NCBI GenBank assembly: GCA_036172245.1
Contig: JAYWIR010000012.1
Coordinates: 3,658,001 to 3,722,000, forward strand
Direction of reading: 5' to 3'
DNA length: 64,000 bases
Origin: Raillietiella orientalis
Lineage: Eukaryota
Both the position numbers and the translations under genes were made by a program. Under the pieces are notes generated by a model. That model had not been told where the DNA came from. It worked only from the letters and a program-made list of their open reading frames with translations, and made no database searches. Shown one piece after another: positions 10,901 through 24,384 of the stretch. The stretch's first letter is position 1, and each line of letters starts with the position of its first letter.

Positions 10901-13237
10901 CAGTGTTTCCGCGAACTTGGACCGGTGTGTTGCCCCAGAATCCTTGTACGGGGGGGGTGGTCCCCAGGAAAATTATGCGGGTGGAGGAGGTATGGGCCCG
11001 GGCTCGTCCCTGCAAACTTTGCCAAAATTTTGCTTTTGCAAGCAAAGAAAGGATTGCATACGGATCTTTTCGGCCTCTCTGTGGGAAGACCACACAAAGC
11101 CGCAGAGGGGGGTGCCGCCCCGTGTAGCATCTTTGCAAGCCTGTGCGTTTTCTGATTGTGAACAAGGATGCTTTAGGGGTCGAATGCAGCCTTGTTCGAT
11201 GGTGCAGATCGGAGCCAACATGCTGCACAGTATGGTCGCCTGGTAATTGTATTCACGGGCCGAAGTTTCGAAGGGCTCGGAAACAAAAATAAGACAGTTC
11301 CCCCCTTTCCTTTGAACTTTTCTTCCTTTGTTTCCGCAAGGAATTAGAGAAATTATGCACATGTGACAGCGTGCAAGAGCGTGAGTTCGAACCCGGATTC
11401 GTCAGATTGAGAAGAATTTGCAATCCTGATTGAAGGAAAGCCGCTGGCTGTTAAAAACAGGCGTTTCGAAAACGAGCGGCTCTGCCCAAAAGGTGTGAAT
11501 GAAATTCCTTGTCTACCCGGAGTGGATTGCAGGACGTGTCGAACCTGATCGCAGTGAGAGAAGGTGCCCAGCTGACCCAGGAAGCAGCTGATTTTGATCG
11601 GGCAGTGCAGCGACGCGGACTGCTCCTGGGTGTGCGGATTGCTCTCTGTTCGAAGCCGGCAGCTTCTTCTTCCGAAGCCATGGTTTTCACGTTGACCCGT
11701 CGTCTGGAATGAGGCTCTCGTCTGCTGAAGTCATACCCGGAGGTGTTGCCGGCTGCAGATCGAAGCAGGTAGCTTGAACTTCGTTTAACGAGCAATACTG
11801 GGCAAAGTGTTACTCCGGAAAAAAAAAAAAAAAAAAGATTGGTAGATGTTCGGATGGAAGGTTTACGTAAGTTGGGAATTTGATACCGTGGTCAGGAAGC
11901 GCAGCGTGTCCAACGTTTCGCAGATTCGGGAATTCGGTACAGATCCCGTTCGAGACGCAGAACGGGGGATACAATGATTCCGCTTGCGCGAATAGTACGC
12001 TGCGTGGTTATTCCCAAGTCGACGAAATTCGGGAACGCAAATGCCGGGATCGCTAAGGATGAAAGAAGATGAATGAACAAAGTGTGGATGAATGAAGCAC
12101 TGTTAAGAACAGGAGTAAACCATTTACAGCATCCAGACTTCATTTTTTCAAGCTGAAATTCCGAGCGTAGCCGAAGCGAATTCAGGAACACCAGTATTTA
12201 TGAAGCCCTCAACTTGAAGAGGGATGTTGTGTGCTCAGAGAAAATAGTAAAGTGTGGTGTTTACGTGCGAACCGGGATTTTCCAGTGCTCCCACTGTTTG
12301 CATACTTTCGTCTTGGTATCTCTTGGGGCGTTGGCCTTATCGGACGCTCCCTTTGGGCTGCTCCCAGTGCGAAAGCGCATGGTGGAAAGCCACACAGACG
12401 TAACGGGAGCAGTGCCGTTTTTCGACACAGCCGAGCGCGAAGGCTTTGGGTAGCCCGCCCAAGTCCCAAGCGTCCGTGGGTAGCAGTGCACAGCCGATGG
12501 ATGCTGCGGAATCTCCTGGAACATTCGTCTGAAACGTCGTTTCAGCTCATCCATTTGTGTTGTTAGTTAGGCACGATACTGCTGATTTAAAGGAGAAGAC
12601 ACGCAGGGAGCATAGACGAGAGCACCCTTCAGTAAGGGTGAGATTTCCTCTTTTTTAATTCTACTATAAAAACGAATGACTTTTACCTCATTGTAAATAA
12701 TAACAATTCCACAGCTTTACAGCAAATGCACAAGAATTGTCCCGTGGGTTATGGAAGCGTTTATAACTACCACCCTTTAGTCCTGCTTCTGATGATGGCA
12801 AACAAGCCTTGTTACCACGGACTGTTTCTCAGTAGCTGTAAAAGCATGGATTTCTTCCAGAAAACACTTTATGCGTGTTCCTCATACGTGAGTCGCCGGA
12901 CGTTATCGCATGGTTGTACACCAAGTGCACCAAAAGGAAATGAAAGGGACACAGTAAAACATTAGGTACAAGAATGCAACAGGATTGCAATTTGTTGTTT
13001 CCAGTCTCGTTTAGCCTCCAAAAAGACATGAACAACTGAGATGACTCATTTTCTGCTGAGCTTCTGAGGTTGAAAGACAAAAACAACAACAAAATACGAT
13101 TGAAAACTATCACTATTGAAAGGAACATCGCAATGAAAAGCATTCAGAGATTAGGATGAATCGCAAGTTGAAAAGTTGTGACAGCATGTTATCCGGAATA
13201 AAAGTCACAGTACTTTCTTTTTTTTTCTTCAAAAAGT

Positions 13238-13297
13238 ATACATACATACATACATATATATATGACATACATACATATATATATGTATGTATGTATG

Positions 13298-13330
<33 letters not shown>
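13238..13330. repeat. compound (CATA)n/(TATG)n/(TA)n microsatellite
   Basis: Directly visible. Confidence 0.95.
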
Positions 13331-13334
<4 letters not shown>

Positions 13335-14753
13335 AAAAATGAAAGCCCTTATGTTTACAAAGTACTGAAGTTACGACATGGTTATTGAATATGAGATCTG
13401 ATTCCTTGAATTTGCGGTTCTTAAAGAGTAGTTGGGGTCAAAAGCTGTTAACACCATCGAAACGTGTGCAGAAGAGTTTTTCGTTTCTTTTTGTTTTTAC
13501 CCCTGTGGATAGCCTGGTGGACGAAACAGAAAAAAGGTGTGTCCGTTTTAATACGAATGCAAATTGCACGTTTCAGAAGAAAATGCTCGAACGGGATTCG
13601 AAATTTAATTTCTTGCTAGAGCCTTCGGGAAACTGCGAAGAACCCACGCGTTCGAGCGAATTGCGTCCGTTCCTGGATCTGAACGAAGTTTCAGGTCTTT
13701 CAGATCCGGAGCCACCTGGTTTCGTCGGGATGCTGGTGCCACGGAGCGGCGGAAAGCCATGCAGTTCTCCGGCTGTCTTTGAGTGTGTTGTTGTGTCTGA
13801 AGAGTTGCAGGGAGAAACTCAACACTCAGCTTCCGAAGCGCCGGCCCAGTCCTTTAAGGGAGGAGGGGCACAGGCAGCACGCACTGTTTTGAGGGGTGGC
13901 AAGGAAGGAAAAGGGGTTCATGACAAAGTGATGAACCCACACCTTGGACTAACTGAATTCAGGAAGCACGCGATTCGAGGGTTGAGACTTGACAAATGAT
14001 GCCATTGATGACCGGACACCATTTTGCAAAACTGCATGCCTCTTTCAAGCACACGTTGCATTCGGAGATCCGGAATCAGCTCTTCTTCTAACTCCAGCCA
14101 CTGCAAACGGAGATTTTTGATGGATCATTACATACGGCGAGTACGGAGCACGGATCGTCTGAGGTCAATTGAAAAAACGGTGACCTAAAACACATTACAA
14201 AACAGTGCTGTGCTAAACGTGAATGGCGATTCATTCCTTCATGAAAGGGAAGATCTGATCAATTGAAAGGAAAAAAAAAAAAAACACTACCAAGGCAAGG
14301 TAAACTCTTCCTTTTTCCAACAGAATGCAGGTAGAATCAGAAAAAACATAAAAGCTCATAGAAACGACGTCATTCACAAAAAACGTTAAACGAAATACTC
14401 TTGGAAACTTTGAGGAGTTCACACCTAAATGTCAACCAGCAGGGTTAGCAAAACAAGAGCACAGCGGCTGTGTGCACGCCATAGTATAAGGTGTACCAGA
14501 AAATAAAACAAGACTGAGGGTGCAGATATATCAAGATGCGTCCTATGTAGTATAGAGGAATGCTTTGAATTGCACTTTGAAAATCATTCCATTTAATGTG
14601 CCATTGAATCATTCATTGGCGTCTAGCGTGTAGTGCAAATCGAAAACTTATCTGGCTCTGGAGGCTGCACTTGGAAGCAGAATTCTTTTTTTTAAAGAAA
14701 AAATAAAAATAAAAAAAGATACACTTTTTTCCTTTTAAAAAAAAATTGCAGAT

Positions 14754-14975
14754 TTGCAGCAGCTTGGGTGTTCATTGGGGAGGCCATTGTTCAGAAGGGA
14801 CACGTCATCATCGAATTTGCATGCCTTTGAATTGAAATGCCCAAAGAAGAAAAATGAAGTAGACGGTTGCCAGCAACGGATAATAATATATCTACAGTCG
14901 AGTAAACTCTTGGAAGTGTTCACGCGGCAATTATGGAAGGATTGTGTTTCCCATTCTGGAACCGTCGCTTACTAG
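14754..14975 (+). mobile_element. decayed mariner transposase C-terminus
   Basis: LQQLGCSLGRPLFRRDTSSSNLHAF...QLWKDCVSHSG parallels the mariner LxxLGWEVLPHPPYSPDLAPSDFHLF...RWEKCVxxxG in order and spacing. Confidence 0.45.
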
Positions 14976-15899
14976 GAAATGCAAAAATGACTGTAAACAC
15001 ACATTTGTGACTCCTTGGAACCATTGGTAATGTAACTTTGAATTCGATGTTTCCAACACTCCAAGGTCATCCCAGCTCGTTTTCTTCATTACTGAAGTAT
15101 TCCGGAAAACTCACTGAAACAACAAAACACAGAAGAAGAAAAACAAAAACATTCTGGCTTTCACAAATCGTTCACCAATTAGCACTTTGGTGTTTTCAGC
15201 TCTTTCAGCAGATTTCCTTTTCCGTCTGCTTGAAGATATGGTGTAAGATGTAAGAGTGCCTACACGGGGACACGTCGAAATCATAGCCATCTTATTCTAT
15301 TCATTCTAAGAGTGCAGGGTGTGGATCTCGCGCTGTGCTATGCCGTGCACTGGAAAATGGAAAGAAAGGTGCCTATTCTACACTTTACTGTTGCATCTAC
15401 CGCAGTGCACTTGAATGCAGTCTTCTTTCTATAAAGAAGAAGAAAAAAGAAAAAAGGGATCAAATTGCATTTCTTCGGCAAGCGTTTTCTCATGAGTTTT
15501 CACTTTTCATTTTATTCTTTCTTGTCTAGTTCCTTTTGTCCTCACCTCGGTAATACTTTCCAAGAAATGGAGTTTTCAATTACAGATGATGTATCGAGTT
15601 CAAATTTCGTGCAGCCTTTTGTTTCCAGATAAATTAATATGCAAACTATTGTACGTCACATAAATAACTACAACAATTATTGTCACCAATGGAAAAAAAA
15701 AAAAAAAAAAAGCATTCTAAGGGAAAGAAGCATGTGTCTTCAAGTGAAATCAATCAAATCCATGCTATGTGTATTTATGTAGTGGAAAGCAATTTATTTT
15801 TCTCGAAAGTCATGTTTGGTCACCGGTAAATGCCATAACCCAGCCTGATTTCATACTTTACTACTAAAGAGAAGCATCTAGTTGCATCTTAATAATGTG

Positions 15900-16187
15900 T
15901 AAAGATTAAATACCACACGGTGGCCTATTTTCTCGATTGTTTTCAGGCATCATACCTTGATCATTTTAATCGACGAATTATATTCCGTTCACGGGAATGA
16001 TTTTTGTGCCATTTTTGCGTAGGTATTTTGTTTTTCCTTTGATTTGCAAATACATCGTTGTAATCAATGATTTTTGTAATTGCTCAGTTCAAGTTGCTCT
16101 ATCATACTTATAACGCCATCTTTCCTGGAACTGTAATGGCCGGCAAGAGCGAGTGGTGCTGAACCTCCCTTATGAACAAAAGTGAGT
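15900..16187 (+). promoter_or_regulatory. candidate promoter and first exon of the ZNF318-like gene
   Basis: CpG-retaining patch just upstream of the CpG-depleted stretch. It has a CGCCATCTT (YY1/Pho-type) motif near 16114 and ATG AAC AAA A|GTGAGT (ATG 16172, donor 16182). The phase 1 of this donor matches the acceptor at 20900. Confidence 0.35.
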
Positions 16188-19100
16188 GCACGGGTATTTC
16201 GTAATGAAAATGTTGATATTGGACCGATTTATAATGAGTATTTCTGCGGTCGAGTGTATAATCACGAAATATTTGGCAAATTAATGTTCGGCTTTCGTGT
16301 TCAACGTCTTTTATAGCAGATACGTTACAAAGTACTACATCCATATTTTTTTGGGTTTGAAAAGCACCGGATAACTCTGACGTTCAAATAATTTGAGGCA
16401 TTCTCAATCCAACTTTGAAGGAATGGGGTTCAATGAGCAATGCAGCCTGTTTTTTCTTACAGGAAACACGTGTTTTTAAAAGATTCACGGGCAGAATTGG
16501 AAAAAAAAAAAAAAAAAAAAGGAAAGGTTTGCATTATTGTTAAAAAGTGCGAACGCATCCAGATTTTAGTATTTACGTTTGCAAGGCTCATTTGCATTAC
16601 CTTAGCGTTTCCGCTGTTTAGGAGATAAATAAGGAATTTTTCGTTTTTTTCTTTTCATTAATGTGTTCATATTTCCAAGTTTGCTAAAGTAGCAAAGTCC
16701 TCAGAGCATCAGGACGGACAAAAGTAAAAACTAAATACGAAAGAATAGTCTGCCCTTTGTTTAATGTACAGGTGATTCTTGCTCAGTAATGTAGCAGTTA
16801 TAGCAGTATAGTGTCATATAAGGACACTGGAAAGCTACTATTTGAATGTAGATTCATGTAGGTGTAGCCTGCTAAGATTATTTTATTCTTCCAACTCAGC
16901 ATCGTAGATCCACTTGTTTTTTGAGCAGATTTCTGTCATGGAAATTTTTGTGTCATGTCTTATGTATGTTCTATGTTGATTAAGACTGCATATACATGAT
17001 ACCATTTTTCCATTCAGAAGAAAAGATTGCACAGTAAAACTACTCATTTACGTGTACTGACATCATCGTAATGTGATTTGTGTTTTGAAGTGTAGTTCAG
17101 AAATAGAAGCTAATAAGCAATACAGTATCCAATGAAACAAAGTAAAAATATTCATGTTCAGATTTTTTTTCATTTAGCTTTGGTATTCTGATGGAACTTT
17201 AGTGTGAAGTCTCATTCCAATAAAAGAAAGAAATCCACAATAGCATTAAATTTTGAATAACTACTCATTTTGATGTATTACAAATGTTCCTTGTTTTGTT
17301 TTCTGGCAATGATGGTTTTTAAGTTGTACTATTCAATTTTAGGATTTTGTCCAGTTGAAACATTGCTTGCCATTTGATGCCCCCCTTCCTCCCAACTTCA
17401 GCTATTGTTATTCATCTACTTCAAGTAGCTTTTGTTTCTTAAAGAACTCAATTTCACATATCTCATTAAAGTATTATAAATTGCCTTAAAATAGTAATCT
17501 TGTAAATTTAGCATGTGTGATCATTCATTATCGAGTTGCCAGTTATTACAAACCTCTGCACAATAGTTTCAAACTGTATCACTGCAATGTGATGATGAGA
17601 TTTTCAAATTAAGTTTGAATTATGCTAATGGTTCTCAATATTAGAAAAGTTCTGTACCGTGGTTAAATAACTCCTACAATAACAAGTTTCCAGTGTTTTA
17701 GTGACATGTGTTTAAAAAGGACGAAAGTTTTTTAAGCATTGCCATTTTTATGGAGGGATGCTTTAATCTACTTTGTCCGAAAAACATGCCTTGCACAAGT
17801 TTTCAAGCTTGCATGGCAAGAATCACAAGAATCTCCCATTTTTAGTCAAAAAAACGTATTTGGAAGCTAAATTAAAAAGTGCACAAAAGTAAAATAGGAA
17901 ATACATTTAAATTTGGTTTAATTGAAAACCCAACTTTAAATGCTCATGTTTTAATGATGATTTGCATTTTCTGTAGTCATGCTCAATTGTGCAATTTATG
18001 TTCTGACTTGTTTTTGTTCAAACTAATCAAAGTGGCATAACCTGAAATGCTGCTCTTGTAGCTCTTGACTCCCTGATTTGCTGAGTTTGTTTTTAAAGTA
18101 AGGGACACTTACTTAACTTTACAAACTGGTAGCTATATTGATAAATGAATGTTGTGCATTTAACTCTTATTGATCATTTGTTTTGTAGAAGCTTACTTAA
18201 TTTGCACAATATAGGAAATTTTCAACTCATCATGCTTTCATTTTTAATGTTAACCATCACATCTTTTGACTCCCAATTATTATGGTAGATGCATGCCTTA
18301 TGATGTAGTAGTTTATGCATATCTGCTTACACTAGTTTGCTTTTCCTTTATCTTGCAAGCATTTAAATGAGCTTTTGAAAAGGTAAAGAACATTGGTATT
18401 GCATTATAAGTTTTCGTTTCTACAGAGTGAAGGTCTTCATTTTATTCACTTGCAGAGATACAGAATTGCACTTTTATTTGTTCATGTATTATAAATAATC
18501 ACATACGAATGTAACGTTACAATTACTGTATAAGCATGTGCATTCTTGTTTTATTTCAAGTTACTTTGAAATGAATTATTGAGATTTTTGCATGCTGGAC
18601 ATTTTTGATTACTGTGAACCTTTTAATTAGCAGACAACCAAATCATTGCTTGTGTTTATAGCATTTAAACTTCACATTCGGAATTTCTCAGTTCTAGATA
18701 TTTCCAGCTCCTGTGTTCTCATATTTATACAGCATGAAACACATTTTATTTTTAAATTTTCCTAAGTTAATTTTAATGCAGTATTCATTAACAGCTGTAG
18801 TATTCTGCTATTGGGATTACAGCTGAGACCAATTTTTTTTCATTTTTTAATTGTAATTGTGTGGATCCTAGTTTAGGAAAAATTTCATAGTTTGTTCACT
18901 TCATGTCTGTCAACATTTTCGTAAATTCGTAGAAAAAATTTAACAGCATTGCAGCTAGCAACAAGGGATTTAAAAATCATTGAATAACATAAAACTTTGG
19001 TATGATACGGTAAAGTTTCATCCTTCTATTATTTGCTTTGAATTAGTGTGCATTAATCAGTATTAATATAAAAAAATAATTGAGTAACAGTGTTTTGTAT

Positions 19101-20911
19101 ATTGTAAGCTTTAGCTGATGTGATTAGATGAACTGAGTTCTTGCTAGGGCACATAGATATAGAGTATGATTGCCAGAAGGTGACTCATGAGCTGAGATTC
19201 TCTGAGGAGAATTGAGAAAATATTGAGAACAACAGCATGTAAAATGTAAATACAGGTACTTAAAAGGTGTAGGTTTTCTTATGATGATTTGCCTGAAAGA
19301 AAACTAGCACTGAACCTTAATTGTTTTGGATATTCAGGAGTTTTCCATTTTAGCTGAATAACCATATTTATGTTAGCCTGTAGTGTTCTTAATAAATTAC
19401 AAAGTTTAAGATACAGTATACATGCTTGTTTTGAAAGTTTTTCTGATAAGGCTCGAAAGCTGAGAACAATTAATTGGTAATACTTATTTTACATGGTATT
19501 TATCTTTTACTGGATAATTTGGCATGTTAGTTGCATGTGTTGGGTTTCGTAAAGTCATTTCAATTTTTTAAAGTGATTATCTGTCAGTACAGTCTGGAGA
19601 TACTTTGCTAACAAATCATAAAAAGAAATTAAGGATTAGGAAGAATGACTAATTTCCCTATGAGATTTATTATTTATAATCACTGCAGCAGTTTTAGTGG
19701 AGTAGAACTGTATGCATAATTGAAATCCACAGCTAGCAACGAAATTTGAAACTCCAGGCTTATATTTAAGAATCAAACTTTGTTCCAGTAACATAATTGG
19801 AAAAAAAGCCTTGATCTGTAACTCAAAGATTATCCAAGAATCAAAGTATTCTTTGACCAATAACCATTATTGTAGTGACATTCAGTTGTAAGAAGGATTG
19901 GTCATCATTAGAGATGTTAGTTTATATATAATTATACTGAAACATATAGTTATGTTTAATCATGGATGGGGCACAAAAGTAGATATTTATATTGCCTTTG
20001 AAGTATGAAAGTGGTATATTTGGATGTATGAAATTTAATCATTTTTCCATTTTTAATTTTTCAGAGTTGGGGTTTTGAATAATGAAGTGCAATTGTTTCA
20101 AGAATGTTTTTGCATGCCAAAGTTGTATGGAATTGTTTGCTGAAGTTTTCCGATGCGGTCATTATTTTAAAAACAAATTCGGTTATTCTTTTCCGTGATC
20201 CACCAGTCTTTGTCCTGGACATTTGTGATATTCATGGTGCTAAGTTATGTAGCAAATGATTTTCATGTATTCATTTACTTGTAAAAAAACTAATTCAGTT
20301 CAAGATAAGGTCGCGTATCGATTTCCAAAAAGTGTGTTTCGCCTTCTACTGCAAAATGTGATCTGAAAGAATAGTATTGCATTTGAACTGGAGTTGTACA
20401 AAGTATCCTTGTGGTCATAAGTAGATGGATAACTGCCTATGTCTCAACTTTTGCATTACTGAAAACATGAGATCTTCCTCTGTTTCACAAACGGTTGCGT
20501 GAAGATATCATGAAACTTTGCATGCATAGTAAGGAAACTGGGTTAGAAACTTTCAAATCACAGTTACATAAACATTCGTTTCTTGCAGAGCGCCATGAAT
20601 TTTTTTTTCGTGCATCACTTTGGCTTCATGGAATTAGCTTAATGCGGTACTGATAAATATAAATATACAAAAATGGAAAGTTCCATATTTGTCAGTATGT
20701 TGTTTTTGTGTGTTTTAGAATAAGGTAATGTCCATAAGGGCAGTGCATCTAGGTAGAGCAAATTTGTTATGACAAGTTTATACACAGCATAGCTTTCATT
20801 TGTATGTGTGTGTCAGAATGCATGTTTTCAACCTTTTCTTTTCATTTTGTACTTCCAAAAATATTATTGATCGATGATTTGTGGAACTTGCCGTTTTTAG
20901 AAGCGGATTTA

Positions 20912-23392
20912 ATGGTGGATGAAATGAGTAAAGTGGAAAGACCATTAGGCACTAAATTTGATATGTCTCCTTTACCTTCTCTTGAATTCATATCAAGTGA
21001 TGAAGAGTTACTGCACAACATAATCAAAAAGAAGAAAAAAAAGAAAAGAAAGAAACACAAGGACAAGTATATCAATGATACAAAGCACCAGTCATGTGCA
21101 GAGACAGAGAAAGAAAAAAAAAGAATCGCATCGTCAGAGCTGTATTCTCCTACTCCGCTATTCACTACTGAAGCTTGTGATGGGAGTGATATCGAAGTAT
21201 CTGCATCCAACCCACCTGTTGCAACTGAGATAGAGAAGGATATATGTTTACAGGACTCCTCCATTCGAATGTCAAATAAACGCATTGACCGGGCATGGTA
21301 CGACTACTTTGTCAAGAATCCAAATGGAACAGGATTAAGAAAGGATAGCATCGAAAGAAGGGAGGCTCTGGCTGGCACCACTTCTGGTAACAACACACAA
21401 GAAAAAGATGGGAGCAATTGGCAGTCTACTCCCAAGAGCTGGTGTGTTTGGAAATTCATATACCGTTAATCCATGTTTGACCCCCCTTTTTTTTTTTTTT
21501 TCCAGCCAAAAGATGGAAACAGCTTTGTCCAACCCTCTATCATCAGAACAGGTAATTTCTATCCTCCAAACTGATGTGTTACTTGCCAATTACAGCCTAG
21601 TTCCTTGAAACCGGATTCTAGTTTGGACAATTTTGCACACAATTATTCTTTTCCTCCTCCTACTTCCCAAACTGAAAGTTCAGTAAGTGACATTCATAGG
21701 TAAACAAAAATATTATCCTCTTTTGGAAAGGCTCGACTGCCAATTGAATCATTTGAGTCAAATGCTGCTAAAATTTCCTCCAATCATCAGCTGGTGTATC
21801 CAAACGTAAATCAACCAACCAAAAGTAGTTCTGGTAATACAAACCTGAGCCTGACTGACTCTTCGCTATATGTAATCTGGTTCAATTGCAGTTTGCCAAA
21901 TGCACTTGTATTTACAAAAGAAGAAATTACTGTGCTTCAGCAAATTGCAATGGCTTCGTAAAACAATGACACAGCTTAGTAGCAAACAGCGCCAGTTGGA
22001 AGCACGTGGCCGGAAGGGCCTGGCATCACTTATTTCAGAAAATGTCGATCTTAAGGTAAAAGAGCAAAGTGGAAGCAAAACAAGAAAGGAAACGAAAAGA
22101 AAAAAAAAAAAAAATGAAATCGTTAATGGTTTCATGCATGACTTTTTCCATAGAAAGAAGTATTACATCAGATGGCAAGATTACAGTGGCTCTTGAGACG
22201 CCTGGAGTTGCAGCAGCGCCAACATCACAACGATTGCCAGCATCATGTTTCAGAACCAGTCAGCGGTCCTTCAGAAGAAACGTTCTGGTGTTCCTCTTGC
22301 GGGATTCCTCTCCAACATTTAGCAGATTTTTTACAACACCTACGTTCAGAACAACACACGCAGCACATCTCAAGGAAGCCAGTTACAGCATTTTATAAAG
22401 ATATAAAGGGGAGTGAGTTTCTGCTGCCATGCACTTACTGGTGTTCTCTGTGCATTGCCCCACTACTTGATACATTGGATGTTGAAAATCATTTGAGATC
22501 AAAAGATCATCATCATCATTTTAATGTAAGGATACATACCCTTTTTCCTCATAACTCTGCTTTCCAGCAATATCTGCATTCCAATCCCAACTACAAAGAA
22601 ACCCGTGAAAAGGAAAGGAGACAATTACATACTCAGAAGTTGATGGTTTCTGCCGATAGCAAATCTGAAGACCGCAATAATGCTGAACAAGTTATACAGA
22701 AGAACCCGTTGCCGCAACACAGCAACACAGTTCATTCGGGTAATTCCAAGCGTAAAGGGGATAAGGGAGAAAATGAGATCGGTGGAAACGAGAAGATACG
22801 TCGGCAAGAGCAACAAGCTCATTCTCAAAAGGAATTACTGGTACAAACCCTTCAAGTTGAATCTGTCTCAGATTCTAATGTGATCATGTGTGACCTTTAT
22901 AAAGAAGCAGAGCAGAAAGTAAAGCAATCGGATGTGGATAAGGTATCTGCTCCCGAAGAAAACAATATGAAGCCTCGTACTGGGAAAGCTATCACTTTAG
23001 AAGAAGGTGAACTGGAGGAAGAAGACAGTGCAGCTAGAGAAGATGATTCTGGTGCATCCCAGTGGCGGAAGTCTCATGCGGGTTCAGTGCCCAATGCCAG
23101 CAGAGCTTGTAACAAGAAGGCATCACCTGATTCCAAGAATGGATGTTCACCTTCTAAGGAAACCCAGAGTAGCGGAGAGGCAGGGATGCAGAATCATAAA
23201 TCAGCACGCCAAGTACAAGATATTCCCATACCTACGAAGCAAGTAGCCAAACCAATAGCACGGAGAGAGCAGCGAACGTTCACTAACAACATGGAGGAAG
23301 AAATGGCACTGCTCGGCATCTGCCCTGATGATTCTTGTATATCAGTGAGACGAGATGTTTCCAACTCGTATTATTATTCGTACAACTACTGA
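20912..23392 (+). CDS. ZNF318/CG9776-like matrin-type zinc-finger protein, six coding exons: 20912-21441, 21506-21551, 21596-21682, 21731-21833, 21892-22055, 22154-23392 (~722 aa)
   Basis: All five introns are GT-AG with consistent phases (2,0,0,1,0), giving a stop-free 2169-nt frame. The protein has a Lys-rich segment and a coiled coil (LRKTMTQLSSKQRQLE...ENVDLKKEVLHQMARL). It also has two U1-type fingers, FWCSSC-x12-HLRSEQH and YWCSLC-x12-HLRSKDH, linked by KGSEFLLP, a motif I recall from ZNF318. Upstream acceptor at 20899-20900. Confidence 0.8.
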
Positions 23393-23632
23393 ACTTTTAT
23401 GCAAAGTTCATTACCATGATGTAAATGAATATCAGAAACAAGCTGTTAAACAGACTTGGATTTAATTTTTTACTTTCGGTCAATTTCTCTGCTTCATAAA
23501 CACTGCTTTGTCATTCTGATGTATAGGTGTTTAGAATTTGATGATGTGAATGATTTAAAATATAAAATTACAATCACGGTATTCGTTACTATGCATAATC
23601 GAATCATTTCGATATTAACATTTTGTTTACGA

Positions 23633-23638
23633 AATAAA
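23633..23638 (+). terminator. poly(A) signal of the ZNF318-like gene
   Basis: AATAAA about 240 nt after the stop codon, just before the compositional switch. Confidence 0.55.
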
Positions 23639-24384
23639 TGTAAAGCATTGTACACTTTTTAAGGTATGGAATTATTAAAGATCAAGTTTCTTTTTTGATC
23701 ACTTCAATTAATGGTTTCATGTGGTTGTGGAATGATTTGCAGTCTGCCCCGCCCCCTTTCTGTCTGTTTGTTTTCCCATTTTGGAAATGTGCTATTTCCA
23801 AAAGAGAAGAAAAGCTCGAAGTGTGTTCGTGCTGGCGATGGCGAGGGATGCCTCTGAATCTTTGTGTTATTGCAGAGGTAGTGGACACCAGCTGCGCCCC
23901 AGAGTCCGGTTCCAAGGCGGAAGGAAAATATGCCCACGGAGCCACAATGATGACCGTATCTCGTGGTGAATCCTCCGCCGCTCTTCCAACATGCCGGTGC
24001 ACTTCAGTCACCCTCGCAACACGCCATCGGGAACACCATCATCGGTGACTTCTGTATCAGTGCACCTTGCGTGTAGGCGAGACTGCCCATCATCGTAGTC
24101 CGCGGTCTCTTTTGTGCCACTGACAGTCGGATAACTTATTTCGGAAGGGGGGGGGGGGGTCGGTGTGGCTCAAGACTTGTGTAAAAGTGGGAGGGTTGTC
24201 GCACTGGTAACCGTTTGACTGCGATCCCTCGTGGGCAGTTGCAGCACCTTTTACTCGGCCGTTCTCTCAGGACCAGGAACGGAACCGCAGTAAGCAAAGC
24301 CCGCTGTTGTTATCGTCATCATCATTTTCGTCTTGAGGGGAAGGGAGTTTGGGGGTGCGATTTTTGAATCTGCATGGCAGGTGA

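Noticed and set aside
12700..12810. LWKRL*LPPFSP, resembling mariner WEVLPHPPYSP
   Set aside because: A single short match with no supporting flanking motifs.
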